64,000 nt of DNA from an uncultured Ignavibacteriales bacterium (GTDB taxonomy: Bacteria; Zixibacteria; MSB-5A5; GN15; JAAZOE01): contig CAZSYD010000011.1 in the NCBI GenBank assembly GCA_964611355.1, forward strand, positions 1 through 64,000, written 5' to 3'. Every line of letters starts with the position of its first letter. Positions within the stretch are counted from its first letter, which is position 1. The position numbers and the translations under genes are program-made. Below are positions 32,702-42,131 of the stretch, piece after piece. Under the pieces are notes generated by a model. That model had not been told where the DNA came from and made no database searches. It worked only from the letters and a program-made list of their open reading frames with translations.

Positions 32702-35062
32702 ATGCGGAAAAACCTCTCATCATATTTGCTTTATGCGCTGATTACGATCCTGGTTATCAGTCTTTACCTCGGTGACTTCTCCGGGTTGAGAAAACTCGAG
32801 TGGAAGATTGACGATCTGATGTATACCTTTCGGAGCAAAGATACCTCCTCGCCCGACATAATTCTGGTAAATATCGACGATACCTCCCAGGACAAACTGG
32901 GTAACTGGCCCTGGTCATACGACATGCTGGCTGATCTGATAGCTGTCTGCAATACAGGCCGGCCAAAGGCGATGCTGGTCGATCTTGACCTGGCATCCCG
33001 CGTCTCGGAAGACACCACCGGCAATACCCGGATCCTGGCGAACCAGATTTCCTGGGCCCAGAACATCGTTCTGCCGTACGATATTGCCCTGGCGGAATAT
33101 TCTCATCAGCGTATGTCGAAACCGGAGTATCTCTGGAAAAGCGCCATCCAGACCGACTATGAGAGCAACATTTTCGAAGAGGATGCGGCACTCAATATCC
33201 GGAAACCGTTTTTACCTTCCGGCTTGATCTGTCAATATGCTGACGGCCTGGGTTTTATATATACCGAGTATGACGATGATCGCAAGGTGAGATGGGCTCC
33301 CCTGGCAGCCAATTACGGCGGATATTATTACCCTTCGGCGCCGCTGTTGACGGCCACCACGTTTCTCGGTTTCAAACCGGAAGAGATTACGCTTAAAGGC
33401 GGCGAAATCGTAGAATTCGGTCCATACACGATACCAACCGACAGATCAGCTCGCGTATTTATTAATTACAATACTCCCGGTTCAACCTTCCCCGAATACA
33501 GCGCCGCCGATCTGTTTGACGAAAAATTCAACCTGAGCGGCCTGAAAGGAAATCTTGTAATAATCGGGCTGACGGCCGGCAGTGCTGGTGAGCTTTATGC
33601 CACACCGGTTTCGCCCGGAATGTCACGCGCGGAATTATCGGCCAATGTTATCGAAAATATAATCCATGAAAACTATATTCAACAACTCAATATGTCGGCA
33701 GGCATCAACATTCTAATTCTAATCGGCTTTGGCGCTTTCTGTGCCTTCTTTTTACCTCGGATTCCGGTTCTCTACCGCATGATTGTCCTCACCGTCTGCC
33801 TTTTTATCATGGCTAATGTATGTTATGTGCTGTTCAACTCGCACGACATGCTGTCCCGACCGCTATATTTGGGGCTTGAACTGGTGCTGTTTATAATCGC
33901 CGCCCCGCTTATCGATCAGGCTCGATTCCGCCGGGGATTCGGTTTCGGTACGCCGGCTCCCTCCGTGAAAAATACCAAAGATAGAAAACCGTTCCAGCAG
34001 GAAGAAGTACCGGTTCGCGAGCTAAAAGACACCGACGATGAGGCTAAGTTCCAGGAAACTGAAATACTTGGAGCTTCCCCTGATCCGCCGCAAGCCCCCC
34101 CTGCGGCCACGGCTCAAAAGATGCAATCATCACCGCCGCTGTCGATAGATTCGGGCCGCTTTGACGATCAATCTCCGGCCCCGACGCCGATCCCGGGATC
34201 CGACGAAATAGACCGGCTTAAAAATCTCGGCCGGTACCAGGTAGCGGGAGTGCTGGGTAAGGGCGCCATGGGCACCGTTTTCAAGGGCGTAGATCCGGCT
34301 ATCGGCCGTCCCGTGGCGCTTAAGACGATCAGGCTCGATTTCGTATCGGACGAGACCGAAATGGCTGAACTCAGGGATCGTTTGCTGCGTGAAGCACAGG
34401 CCGCCGGCAAATTGTCGCATCCCAATATCGTCACCATCTATGACGCCGGTTCGGAGGGAACGCTCCAGTATATCGCCATGGAGTATCTCGAGGGACAGAC
34501 CCTGGAGCAGTTGATCAAGAAACAAGTTCAGTTTTCATACAAGATCATAGCCAATATAATCACCCAAATATGCAAAGCCCTGGAATACGCGCATGACCAG
34601 GGAATCGTTCACCGCGATATCAAACCGGCCAATATTATGGTCCTTCCCAATTATTCCATTAAAGTAATGGATTTCGGTATCGCCCGGATTGACACCTCGT
34701 CAATGACCCGGACCGGTATCGCCATGGGCACGCCAAATTATATCGCCCCGGAACTCCTGCAGGGTAAAAACGTTGACCGCCGGTGCGATATTTTCTCATT
34801 GGGCGTCGTAATCTACGAGCTTCTCACCGGACGACGCCCGTTCAAAGGCGAAAACCTGACGGCTCTGGTTTATAGTATCGTAAATGACGACCCGCCGCCG
34901 CCCTCTTCGATCAACGAGAATCTGCCGTTGATATTTGATCATATCACCGCCAGGGCACTCAGTAAAAACCCGGTTGATCGATACCAAAAGGTTTCCGATT
35001 TGCGCCTGGCGCTGGCTGATTTTGTAGAATCGTTTGAGGGAGCCAAAAAGGTAGGTCTATAA
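32702..35062 (+). CDS. CHASE2-domain membrane Hanks-type Ser/Thr protein kinase
   Basis: CHASE2 (IILVNID..LGNWPW), three TM helices, Pro-rich linker, kinase motifs LGKGAMG, VALK, HRDIKPAN, DFG, APE. Confidence 0.92.
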   Translation: MRKNLSSYLLYALITILVISLYLGDFSGLRKLEWKIDDLMYTFRSKDTSSPDIILVNIDDTSQDKLGNWPWSYDMLADLIAVCNTGRPKAMLVDLDLASRVSEDTTGNTRILANQISWAQNIVLPYDIALAEYSHQRMSKPEYLWKSAIQTDYESNIFEEDAALNIRKPFLPSGLICQYADGLGFIYTEYDDDRKVRWAPLAANYGGYYYPSAPLLTATTFLGFKPEEITLKGGEIVEFGPYTIPTDRSARVFINYNTPGSTFPEYSAADLFDEKFNLSGLKGNLVIIGLTAGSAGELYATPVSPGMSRAELSANVIENIIHENYIQQLNMSAGINILILIGFGAFCAFFLPRIPVLYRMIVLTVCLFIMANVCYVLFNSHDMLSRPLYLGLELVLFIIAAPLIDQARFRRGFGFGTPAPSVKNTKDRKPFQQEEVPVRELKDTDDEAKFQETEILGASPDPPQAPPAATAQKMQSSPPLSIDSGRFDDQSPAPTPIPGSDEIDRLKNLGRYQVAGVLGKGAMGTVFKGVDPAIGRPVALKTIRLDFVSDETEMAELRDRLLREAQAAGKLSHPNIVTIYDAGSEGTLQYIAMEYLEGQTLEQLIKKQVQFSYKIIANIITQICKALEYAHDQGIVHRDIKPANIMVLPNYSIKVMDFGIARIDTSSMTRTGIAMGTPNYIAPELLQGKNVDRRCDIFSLGVVIYELLTGRRPFKGENLTALVYSIVNDDPPPPSSINENLPLIFDHITARALSKNPVDRYQKVSDLRLALADFVESFEGAKKVGL

Positions 35063-35092
35063 AAAAGGGCCGAAATGCGGTTTTCGCGGCTA

Positions 35093-35542
35093 CTATTCCT
35101 GATTTTCTTCCGGTTCGATAATATCCTCGGTCAAAGACAGCGCCACGCCGGACAGCATAACTTCCACACCCAGCTTGGTAAAATCGGAGGATATAAGCTT
35201 CCGATTAATACCGGCGTAAAGCGAGCAACCGGCAACCTGTTCCACCACCAGTCCGGAAAGGGTACCGTTTGTTTCAGCCACAAAGGTAACCTCGCCAAGT
35301 TCCTCGGAACAAACATATCCGCTGCAGTTATGCAATTGTAGATGCGAGCTGGCCGTATAAACCACTACCAGCATTCCATCTTTGTCGCCCAGTTGGATTT
35401 TGGGGTATATTTCGAGTGTCAGGACTCTTTTTTCTTCGCGATTTTCCAGCCGGATGCGATAATGGTCGTCATGAAAGGTGTACCGTTCCACGCCCAGGAC
35501 CGAGACAACCCGGGCGGCGTCCTTCTCGGTAAATTTATTCAT
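35093..35542 (-). CDS. Hypothetical protein
   Basis: 149 aa ORF whose start overlaps the tatA stop (ATGA). Confidence 0.7.
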   Translation of the reverse strand: MNKFTEKDAARVVSVLGVERYTFHDDHYRIRLENREEKRVLTLEIYPKIQLGDKDGMLVVVYTASSHLQLHNCSGYVCSEELGEVTFVAETNGTLSGLVVEQVAGCSLYAGINRKLISSDFTKLGVEVMLSGVALSLTEDIIEPEENQE

Positions 35543-35739
35543 TTCTTTTTTTCTTCCTGTTCGTTGGTGTCGGATGAATCCACTGAGATTTCGTCCTTTG
35601 TATCCTTGAGGGCTTTTTTGAAATCACGAATGCCCCGGCCCAGACCGGAGGCGATATCAGGGATTCTTTTGGCGCCAAAGAGCAGCAGCACGACCAGGAA
35701 AATAATCAAAAGCTCCTGCATGCCGATTCCGCTAAACAT
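35539..35739 (-). CDS. tatA: Twin-arginine translocase TatA/E subunit
   Basis: GIGMQELLIIFLVVLLLFGAKRIPDIASGLGRGIRDFKK. Confidence 0.95.
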   Translation of the reverse strand: MFSGIGMQELLIIFLVVLLLFGAKRIPDIASGLGRGIRDFKKALKDTKDEISVDSSDTNEQEEKKK

Positions 35740-35763
35740 AACCACACTCCTGACCGGAAGGTC

Positions 35764-36030
35764 TTATAAATACCACCATCTAAAATATACTATAACCAGT
35801 ATTACGGTCAAGATGGAAACAAAGTTGATTTTTACCATCAAGCCGAATGTAATAGTAATGGAGAAAAAATCCAATCGGGTGGTATCCAATCCGATCTGAA
35901 TTGATTTGGAAAAAAGCGTCTTGGCGGCGCCCGGCGGCAGAAAAGTGCCGATGATATCTCCTATCAACCCGCCGATGACCGCACCCAGTATCAGCGCCGT
36001 TACAATAAATATTACTTCGCGTCTTTTCAA
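35764..36030 (-). CDS. Small membrane protein, DUF4321-like
   Basis: Two hydrophobic segments, GAVIGGLIG and ITFGLMVKIN patterns. Confidence 0.65.
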   Translation of the reverse strand: MKRREVIFIVTALILGAVIGGLIGDIIGTFLPPGAAKTLFSKSIQIGLDTTRLDFFSITITFGLMVKINFVSILTVILVIVYFRWWYL

Positions 36031-36060
36031 TTACCTCTCCCGCCGAAATAAACAGGCGCT

Positions 36061-36771
36061 TTATCCGGCTTTGGCCGGCCGTTTTTCGAAACAGGCCACC
36101 AGCGAATTAAAGATATGCAGGCCGTCGTCGGAACCGAGTATTTTCTCCACCGCCCGTTCCGGATGAGGCATCATCCCCAGGATATTCCCCTCGCGATTGG
36201 TTATCCCGGCGATATTCATAAGCGAGCCGTTCGGATTCGCCTCCGGAACCACGTTTCCATCAACGGTGGCGTAAGTAAAAAGCACCTGCGCCTTATTTTT
36301 CAACTTTTCAAGTTCAGGCTGGAAATTATAATAGTTCCCGTCACCGTGGGCAATCGGTATTTTCAGCGTTTTCCCCGGCGGGCAGACGCCGGTGAACGGG
36401 GTATCGTAATTTTCGATTTTCAGATAAACATGCTTGCAGGAAAAACGTAGGTGCGCGTTGCGCATCAGCGCCCCCGGAAGAAGTCCCGATTCCACCAAGA
36501 CCTGAAAGCCGTTGCAAATACCTATAACAATGCCGCCCGAACGGGCAAAGCGCTCCACCGATTTCATAATCGGCGAAAATCGGGCAATGGCGCCCGATCT
36601 AAGATAATCGCCGTACGAAAATCCGCCGGGGAGAATTATCACGTCGCAGCTTTCCAGCGATTCCGATTTATGCCACAGGAAAACCGCCTCCTGACCGAGA
36701 ACGAATTTGACTGCCGCGTACGAATCGTAGTCGCAATTGGAACCGGGGAAAGTTACGATACCGAATTTCAT
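36061..36771 (-). CDS. purQ: FGAM synthase glutaminase subunit
   Basis: [31 protein letters not shown]. Confidence 0.97.
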   Translation of the reverse strand: MKFGIVTFPGSNCDYDSYAAVKFVLGQEAVFLWHKSESLESCDVIILPGGFSYGDYLRSGAIARFSPIMKSVERFARSGGIVIGICNGFQVLVESGLLPGALMRNAHLRFSCKHVYLKIENYDTPFTGVCPPGKTLKIPIAHGDGNYYNFQPELEKLKNKAQVLFTYATVDGNVVPEANPNGSLMNIAGITNREGNILGMMPHPERAVEKILGSDDGLHIFNSLVACFEKRPAKAG

Positions 36772-37013
36772 GATATCATTTCCACCCGATAAGTCTCAAT
36801 AACCGGATTCGATAAAAGCCTGCGGCAAACTTCGTCAATCCTCTTATCCAGATCGGGCCGCGATTCGCATTCCAGTTCAAAGAAACGCCCGCTGCGAACG
36901 GAACTGAATTCATCGTACCCCATATTCCCCATCGCCTGCGCGATTGTCTTTCCCTGGGGATCAAGAACGCCGTCCTTTAGCCGGACATATATGATCGCTT
37001 TTTTCTTGTTCAC
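36768..37013 (-). CDS. purS: FGAM synthase PurS subunit
   Basis: [10 protein letters not shown]...LLSNPVIE. Confidence 0.95.
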   Translation of the reverse strand: MNKKKAIIYVRLKDGVLDPQGKTIAQAMGNMGYDEFSSVRSGRFFELECESRPDLDKRIDEVCRRLLSNPVIETYRVEMIS

Positions 37014-37050
37014 TCAGTCATTCCTCTCAAAATCAGCCGATTTTACCGGA

Positions 37051-37770
37051 CTAATCTTCACCGTTGCCGCCGGAACTTGCCAGCCTGACAATTCTAAATC
37101 CTTCCTTTACCAGGCCTATTATAATATACACCACAAAAAACGGGAACATCAAAAGGCGGGGATTGATCAACGCCGCCAGCGCCAGCCCGACGATATATAT
37201 TATCTTTATGCGGTTTTCGCGGGTGTTAAAATTGTCAGGCAGAGAGTCATATTCGATCTGCGAAACCATCAGGGTCGAAAACAATATCATCATTGTAATC
37301 AGGTATTCGCCATATTCAACCCTGCCCCATAAGTGATAACACAGAATAATGTAGCTGGCCAACGTCAGGGCGGAAACCGGCACCGTCAGGCCGAGGAAGT
37401 TTTTCTTCTCTTCCGAATGAGCCAGCAGGTTAAAACGGGCCAAACGGTATCCGGACGCGGTAATATATACCAGCCCGATAATCCAGCCCCATTTTCCGAA
37501 GGTATGGAGCTTAAAGGTGTAGATAAGAAAAGCGGGGGCAACTCCGAAAGAAACCATATCAGCCAGCGAGTCAAGCTCTTTGCCAAGCTCGGAAGCGCCG
37601 CCTGAAAGGCGGGCGATTTTGCCGTCGAGCGCATCAAGAAATCCGGCCAGGATAATCAACCAGGCGGCCGTGGTCGGTTCGCCTTCGGCGGCCGAGATAA
37701 TCGATAAAAAACCGCAGAACACACTGGCAACGGTAAAAATGTTGGGGAAAATAGGGCGATAGTTAGGCAT
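37051..37770 (-). CDS. pssA: CDP-diacylglycerol--serine O-phosphatidyltransferase
   Basis: PNIFT, DALDGKIAR...GKELDSLADMVSFGVAP, RLARFN; adjacent to psd. Confidence 0.93.
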   Translation of the reverse strand: MPNYRPIFPNIFTVASVFCGFLSIISAAEGEPTTAAWLIILAGFLDALDGKIARLSGGASELGKELDSLADMVSFGVAPAFLIYTFKLHTFGKWGWIIGLVYITASGYRLARFNLLAHSEEKKNFLGLTVPVSALTLASYIILCYHLWGRVEYGEYLITMMILFSTLMVSQIEYDSLPDNFNTRENRIKIIYIVGLALAALINPRLLMFPFFVVYIIIGLVKEGFRIVRLASSGGNGED

Positions 37771-38413
37771 CTTCGACCAGCTTTCCCACGATGCTTTCGC
37801 CCGCCTTGACATGTTCCCCAAGTTTCACACAGGGGACAAAACACTCCGGGAAGCTGATCTCGGTCCGGGAGCCGAAGCGTATCATGCCATATAGCTTACC
37901 GGCCTGAACAACGTCCTTTTCCCCGACACGACAGACAATTCGCCGCGCGATAGAACCGGCTATTTGAGCAACCCGGAATTTGCCCCATTTTCCTGAAATG
38001 CCGATGTCTGTTCGTTCGTTATATTCGGAAGCCTTGTCCTTGAAAGCGGAAAAGAATCTACCCGGACGATGCCTGACAAAATCGACCGTTCCCGAAGTTG
38101 GAATCCGGTTAAGATGAGCGTCGAGAACCGAAAGAAATATATCCACCCGATGCCCCCGGCCCACGAAATCATCCTCGATCGGTTTTACTTTCACTACCCG
38201 GCCGTCGGCAGGAGACAAAATCATTCTCTCATCCGCAGGTATTTCGCGGCGAGGGTTGCGAAAGAAAAAAGTACAAGCCAAAGCAAAAAGAATCATTAAA
38301 GTACCGATGACAAAAAGCGATACCCAATGGTGAACCGGATACAGTCCGGCCAGAATCGCTCCCGGCACGAGAGAACCGATTATAAACGGATAACCTTCTT
38401 CGGCGATTTTCAT
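37763..38413 (-). CDS. psd: Phosphatidylserine decarboxylase proenzyme
   Basis: FFRNP, SPADG, QIAGSIARRI, self-cleavage motif FGSR. Confidence 0.93.
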   Translation of the reverse strand: MKIAEEGYPFIIGSLVPGAILAGLYPVHHWVSLFVIGTLMILFALACTFFFRNPRREIPADERMILSPADGRVVKVKPIEDDFVGRGHRVDIFLSVLDAHLNRIPTSGTVDFVRHRPGRFFSAFKDKASEYNERTDIGISGKWGKFRVAQIAGSIARRIVCRVGEKDVVQAGKLYGMIRFGSRTEISFPECFVPCVKLGEHVKAGESIVGKLVEDA

Positions 38414-39702
38414 CCAAACACCCGCCTGAATATCTTCGGTACGTTACGAAGGTAGTAATCAAGAGTGAAGCAATCGTCAATCTCTTCTTTGGAAATAAGT
38501 TTCGTAATACGGCGATCAGCCTTGACGAGATCGACGAACTTCCCTTTGCCGTTATGCACCTTCATGGCGTTTTCCTGAACCAGTTTATATGCCTTCTCGC
38601 GACTGCCGGCCGGGCCGGTCAGCTTGAGCAGAAGTCTTTGCGAAAAAACCAGCCCGCCGGATATGAATATATTTTCACGCATCCTCTTTTTATTCACGAC
38701 CAGGTTTTCAAGAATGCCGATAAACTTGTGCAATATGTAATCGATCAGGATACAACTGTCAGGGATGATAATCCTCTCCACCGAACTGTGGGTAATATCG
38801 CGCTCATGCCAGAGTGGGACATTCTCCATGGCGGCAAGGGCATTGCCCCTCATCACACGGGCCAGCCCCGCCACCCGTTCGGAAGTGATCGGGTTTTTCT
38901 TGTGCGGCATCGCCGAGGAACCTTTCTGCCCCTTTGCGAACCCTTCCTGAAGCTCGCCGATCTCGGTGCGCTGCTGATGACGAATCTCAGTGGCGAATTT
39001 CTCGAGCGACGAGGCTACCAAAGCCAGCGAAGTTAAAAAAGCCGCGTGGCGATCGCGCTGAATAATCTGGGTCGATACGGCGGCCGGTTTTAATTTCAAC
39101 TCCCCGCATACCTTCCGTTCCACAACCGGATCAAGGTTGGCGAAATTGCCGACCGCCCCCGAAATCTTGCCGACCGAAATATCTTCTACCGCTGCTTTGA
39201 ACCGTTTGCGCCCGCGCGACAATTCGGTGTACCACATGGCGAACTTGAGTCCCAGGCTGGTCGGCTCAGCCGGAATGCCGTGCGTTCGGCCCATGACCGG
39301 GGTCATTCTATGTCTTTTCGCCAGCGAGCGGATAAGAGAAAGAGTCCTTACGAGCTTCTTGTCAATCAACGCTGAGGACTGTTTCATTTGCAGAGCAAGC
39401 GAAGTATCCAGAACGTCGGACGAGGTCATGCCGTAATGGATATACTTTGCTTCCGGGCCGACGATTTCCGCCACTGAGGTCAAAAAAGCGACAACGTCGT
39501 GATCAACCTTCGTTTCAATTCGCGCTATACGCTTAAGGTTGAAATCCGCCTTCTTCTCGATGACCCGAAACGCCTTTTGGGGAATAATCCCCAGTTCGGC
39601 CGAAGCCCGGCAGGCGGCTATCTCGACTCTCAGCCAGGAGCGAAATTTATTTTCCTCAGTCCAGACGGTCCCCATTTCAAGCAAAGTATATCGCGCGATC
39701 AT
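38410..39702 (-). CDS. purB: Adenylosuccinate lyase
   Basis: HDVVAF, HYGMTSSD, GRTHG, GSSAMPHKKNP. Confidence 0.97.
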   Translation of the reverse strand: MIARYTLLEMGTVWTEENKFRSWLRVEIAACRASAELGIIPQKAFRVIEKKADFNLKRIARIETKVDHDVVAFLTSVAEIVGPEAKYIHYGMTSSDVLDTSLALQMKQSSALIDKKLVRTLSLIRSLAKRHRMTPVMGRTHGIPAEPTSLGLKFAMWYTELSRGRKRFKAAVEDISVGKISGAVGNFANLDPVVERKVCGELKLKPAAVSTQIIQRDRHAAFLTSLALVASSLEKFATEIRHQQRTEIGELQEGFAKGQKGSSAMPHKKNPITSERVAGLARVMRGNALAAMENVPLWHERDITHSSVERIIIPDSCILIDYILHKFIGILENLVVNKKRMRENIFISGGLVFSQRLLLKLTGPAGSREKAYKLVQENAMKVHNGKGKFVDLVKADRRITKLISKEEIDDCFTLDYYLRNVPKIFRRVFG

Positions 39703-39703
39703 A

Positions 39704-40351
39704 TCAACCCTTGTCTACTTTTTCCCAATCGGCCAGGAATTTCTTTAGCCCGATATCGGTCAACGGATGCTTGATAAGCTGGGAGATTACCTTAAACGGC
39801 ATTGTACAGACATCAGCGCCCATTTCCGCCGCTTCAATCACATGCTGCGTCGTTCTTACCGACGCCACCAGAACCTTGGTGGAGATATCATAGTTCCTGT
39901 AAATTGTTACCATCTGTTCGACCAGATCCATACCGTTATGGGAAATATCATCCAGACGGCCGACAAACGGCGAGGCATAAGTGGCCCCCGCCTTGGCCAC
40001 GAGCAGCGCCTGCATCGGATTGAATACCAGAGTGGCGTTGGTCTGAATACCTTCGGCGGTGAGGCTCTTGATAGCTGCCAGGCCTTCAAATATACTCGGT
40101 ATCTTGACGGTGATATTTGCGGCGATCCTGGCCAGTTCCTTCGCTTCCCGGATCATGCCTTCGGTGTCGGTGGCGACCACCTCGGCCGAGACCGAACCGT
40201 GTACAACCCTGCATATTTCCGTCAGGATTTCCCGGTAAGAGCCTTTTTCTCTGGAAAGCAGCGTAGGATTGGTGGTTACTCCGTCCAATACGCCCATGGC
40301 CGCCGCTTGCCTAATCTCATCAAGGTTGGCGGTATCGATAAAAAACTTCAT
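39704..40351 (-). CDS. tal: Transaldolase / fructose-6-phosphate aldolase family
   Basis: FFIDTAN, GVTTNP, VKIP Schiff-base Lys, [17 protein letters not shown]. Confidence 0.88.
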   Translation of the reverse strand: MKFFIDTANLDEIRQAAAMGVLDGVTTNPTLLSREKGSYREILTEICRVVHGSVSAEVVATDTEGMIREAKELARIAANITVKIPSIFEGLAAIKSLTAEGIQTNATLVFNPMQALLVAKAGATYASPFVGRLDDISHNGMDLVEQMVTIYRNYDISTKVLVASVRTTQHVIEAAEMGADVCTMPFKVISQLIKHPLTDIGLKKFLADWEKVDKG

Positions 40352-40363
40352 TTCCGTCTCCTT

Positions 40364-41101
40364 CTAATATCCCACGGCAACCAGATACAGCCCCCGGGCC
40401 GGAGCCACCTTCCTGATGGCGGTGTGGTCGCCGCTGTTGAAAATCCCGATGAACTGTTTCATGGTAATATCGCCTCGCCCCAACTCCATCATCAGGCCAA
40501 CCAGCGACCGGATCATGGTATGAAGGAAACGATCGGCGGTTATTTCGTATTTCAAAACATTCCCTTTCCTGCGCCATTGTGACTGGTAAACCAGACACCG
40601 ATTATCAACCTTCCGGGATGAGAGCACGCAGAAAGTAGAAAAATCATGTTCGCCCCTTATATAATCAGCAGCCGATTCCAGCATTTTCAGATTCAGGTCA
40701 AAACCAATATCCCAGCGCAGACCATGACCAAGAGCCGATCGTTCCATACCTATCTGGTACCGGTAACGCCGGTAAACTGCACTATAGCGGGCATCAAAGT
40801 CAAGTGAAACTTCCTCCGCCCTGCGAATCAATATATCGTCAGGTAAGTAGAAGTTCAACCCATCCCGATACTTTTCCACTGATAGACGTCGCTTTGTCCT
40901 GAAGCTGACTACTTGCCCTAAGGCGTGGACTCCGGCGTCGGTTCGCCCGGCGGCATGTACGGTTATCTTTTCCCTCGTTAGTTTATTCAGCGCAGTCTCT
41001 ATTTCTCCCTGAACGGTTTTCTGATTCGGCTGGTATTGCCAGCCGGCGTACGCTGACCCATTGTATTCAATAACAAGCTTGACGTTTTTCAGCTCTGCCA
41101 A
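40364..41101 (-). CDS. truA: tRNA pseudouridine(38-40) synthase
   Basis: GWQYQ, AGRTDAGVHA, FLHTMIR. Confidence 0.96.
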   Translation of the reverse strand: MAELKNVKLVIEYNGSAYAGWQYQPNQKTVQGEIETALNKLTREKITVHAAGRTDAGVHALGQVVSFRTKRRLSVEKYRDGLNFYLPDDILIRRAEEVSLDFDARYSAVYRRYRYQIGMERSALGHGLRWDIGFDLNLKMLESAADYIRGEHDFSTFCVLSSRKVDNRCLVYQSQWRRKGNVLKYEITADRFLHTMIRSLVGLMMELGRGDITMKQFIGIFNSGDHTAIRKVAPARGLYLVAVGY

Positions 41102-41910
41102 ATTAATCTATTCCCCAATAAATAGGTCAGCATCAGTAATGTCGTCAGTCCGAGTACCGCCATATCATATCCGCCATATTTCAGAGGATACAGCGAACTT
41201 CGCGGTTGGCCGCTCCTGTAGCCACGGGTTTCGATCGCAACCGAAAGATCGTCGGCCCGGCGCAGAGCCGAAAAAAAGATCGGCAAAATAAGAGCGACCG
41301 ACCTTTTGATTCGGGTTCGGAGACCTCCGGAAAAGTCTATGCCCCGAATAAACTGGGCCTTGCGGATTGTTTCGATTTCATCGGCCAGAACAGGGATAAA
41401 ACGCAGAGCTATAAATAATATCATCCCGAGATCATAGATCGGTATCCTGAACAGCCTAAGCGGCTTTAACAGAGAAACAATCGCCTCGGAGATCGACAAC
41501 GGGCTGGTCGTCAGTGAAATCACAAAAGTGGCAAGGACAAAAATCAGGATTCTGGTCGAAAAAGTCGTCGCCATAACAAGCGCCGTCCGACTGATTACAA
41601 ACGAACCGACCGAAAATACTATTTGCGGATCACCCCGACCGGAAAAGATCAGGTGGAAAAGGGCGGTAAAAATAATAAACAATGCCACCGGCTTCAGGCT
41701 GCTTATAATAAGCCGCCATTCCAGCCGACACAGGCCAAGCACCCCCAGCAACACCGCCGTCAAAACGGCATAAAACAACAAGGAGGTATCAACCAGCGCC
41801 GACACCATTATAAGAAGCACAACAATAATCTTGGTCCGCGGATCGAGCCGATAAATAAACCCCGTTCCGGGGCAATACCGGCCAATCATAAACCTGTTGC
41901 GATCGATCAT
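41089..41910 (-). CDS. ecfT: ECF transporter transmembrane component T
   Basis: LDPRTK, IALRFIP, AQFIRG, AIETRGY. Confidence 0.9.
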   Translation of the reverse strand: MIDRNRFMIGRYCPGTGFIYRLDPRTKIIVVLLIMVSALVDTSLLFYAVLTAVLLGVLGLCRLEWRLIISSLKPVALFIIFTALFHLIFSGRGDPQIVFSVGSFVISRTALVMATTFSTRILIFVLATFVISLTTSPLSISEAIVSLLKPLRLFRIPIYDLGMILFIALRFIPVLADEIETIRKAQFIRGIDFSGGLRTRIKRSVALILPIFFSALRRADDLSVAIETRGYRSGQPRSSLYPLKYGGYDMAVLGLTTLLMLTYLLGNRLIWQS

Positions 41911-41932
41911 AATACCCTCAGTAAGCTGAGTA

Positions 41933-41962
41933 AATATAACACGCTTTTCTTTAAGGTGTCAA
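41933..41962 (-). promoter_or_regulatory. Putative sigma-70 promoter for the ecfT-truA-tal-purB operon
   Basis: Minus strand TTGACA-N18-TATATT just upstream of ecfT. Confidence 0.55.
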
Positions 41963-42053
41963 TAGAGAGAAGTTCGAGGTTGCAGTATTATTCGTCTAAT
42001 TAACGGAAAAATAATAATGATTCAAGATTTTCACCGGTCATCTATTCATAAAC

Positions 42054-42080
42054 AAAAAACCCGCCGGGAAGCGGGTTTTT
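42054..42080. terminator. Rho-independent terminator downstream of the S8 peptidase
   Basis: AAAAAACCCGC-cgggaa-GCGGGTTTTT. Confidence 0.8.
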
Positions 42081-42131
42081 CTTCGTGTGAACGGGAGTAA
42101 AATGGAACTACTAAAAAGGAGTGTCGTGATT

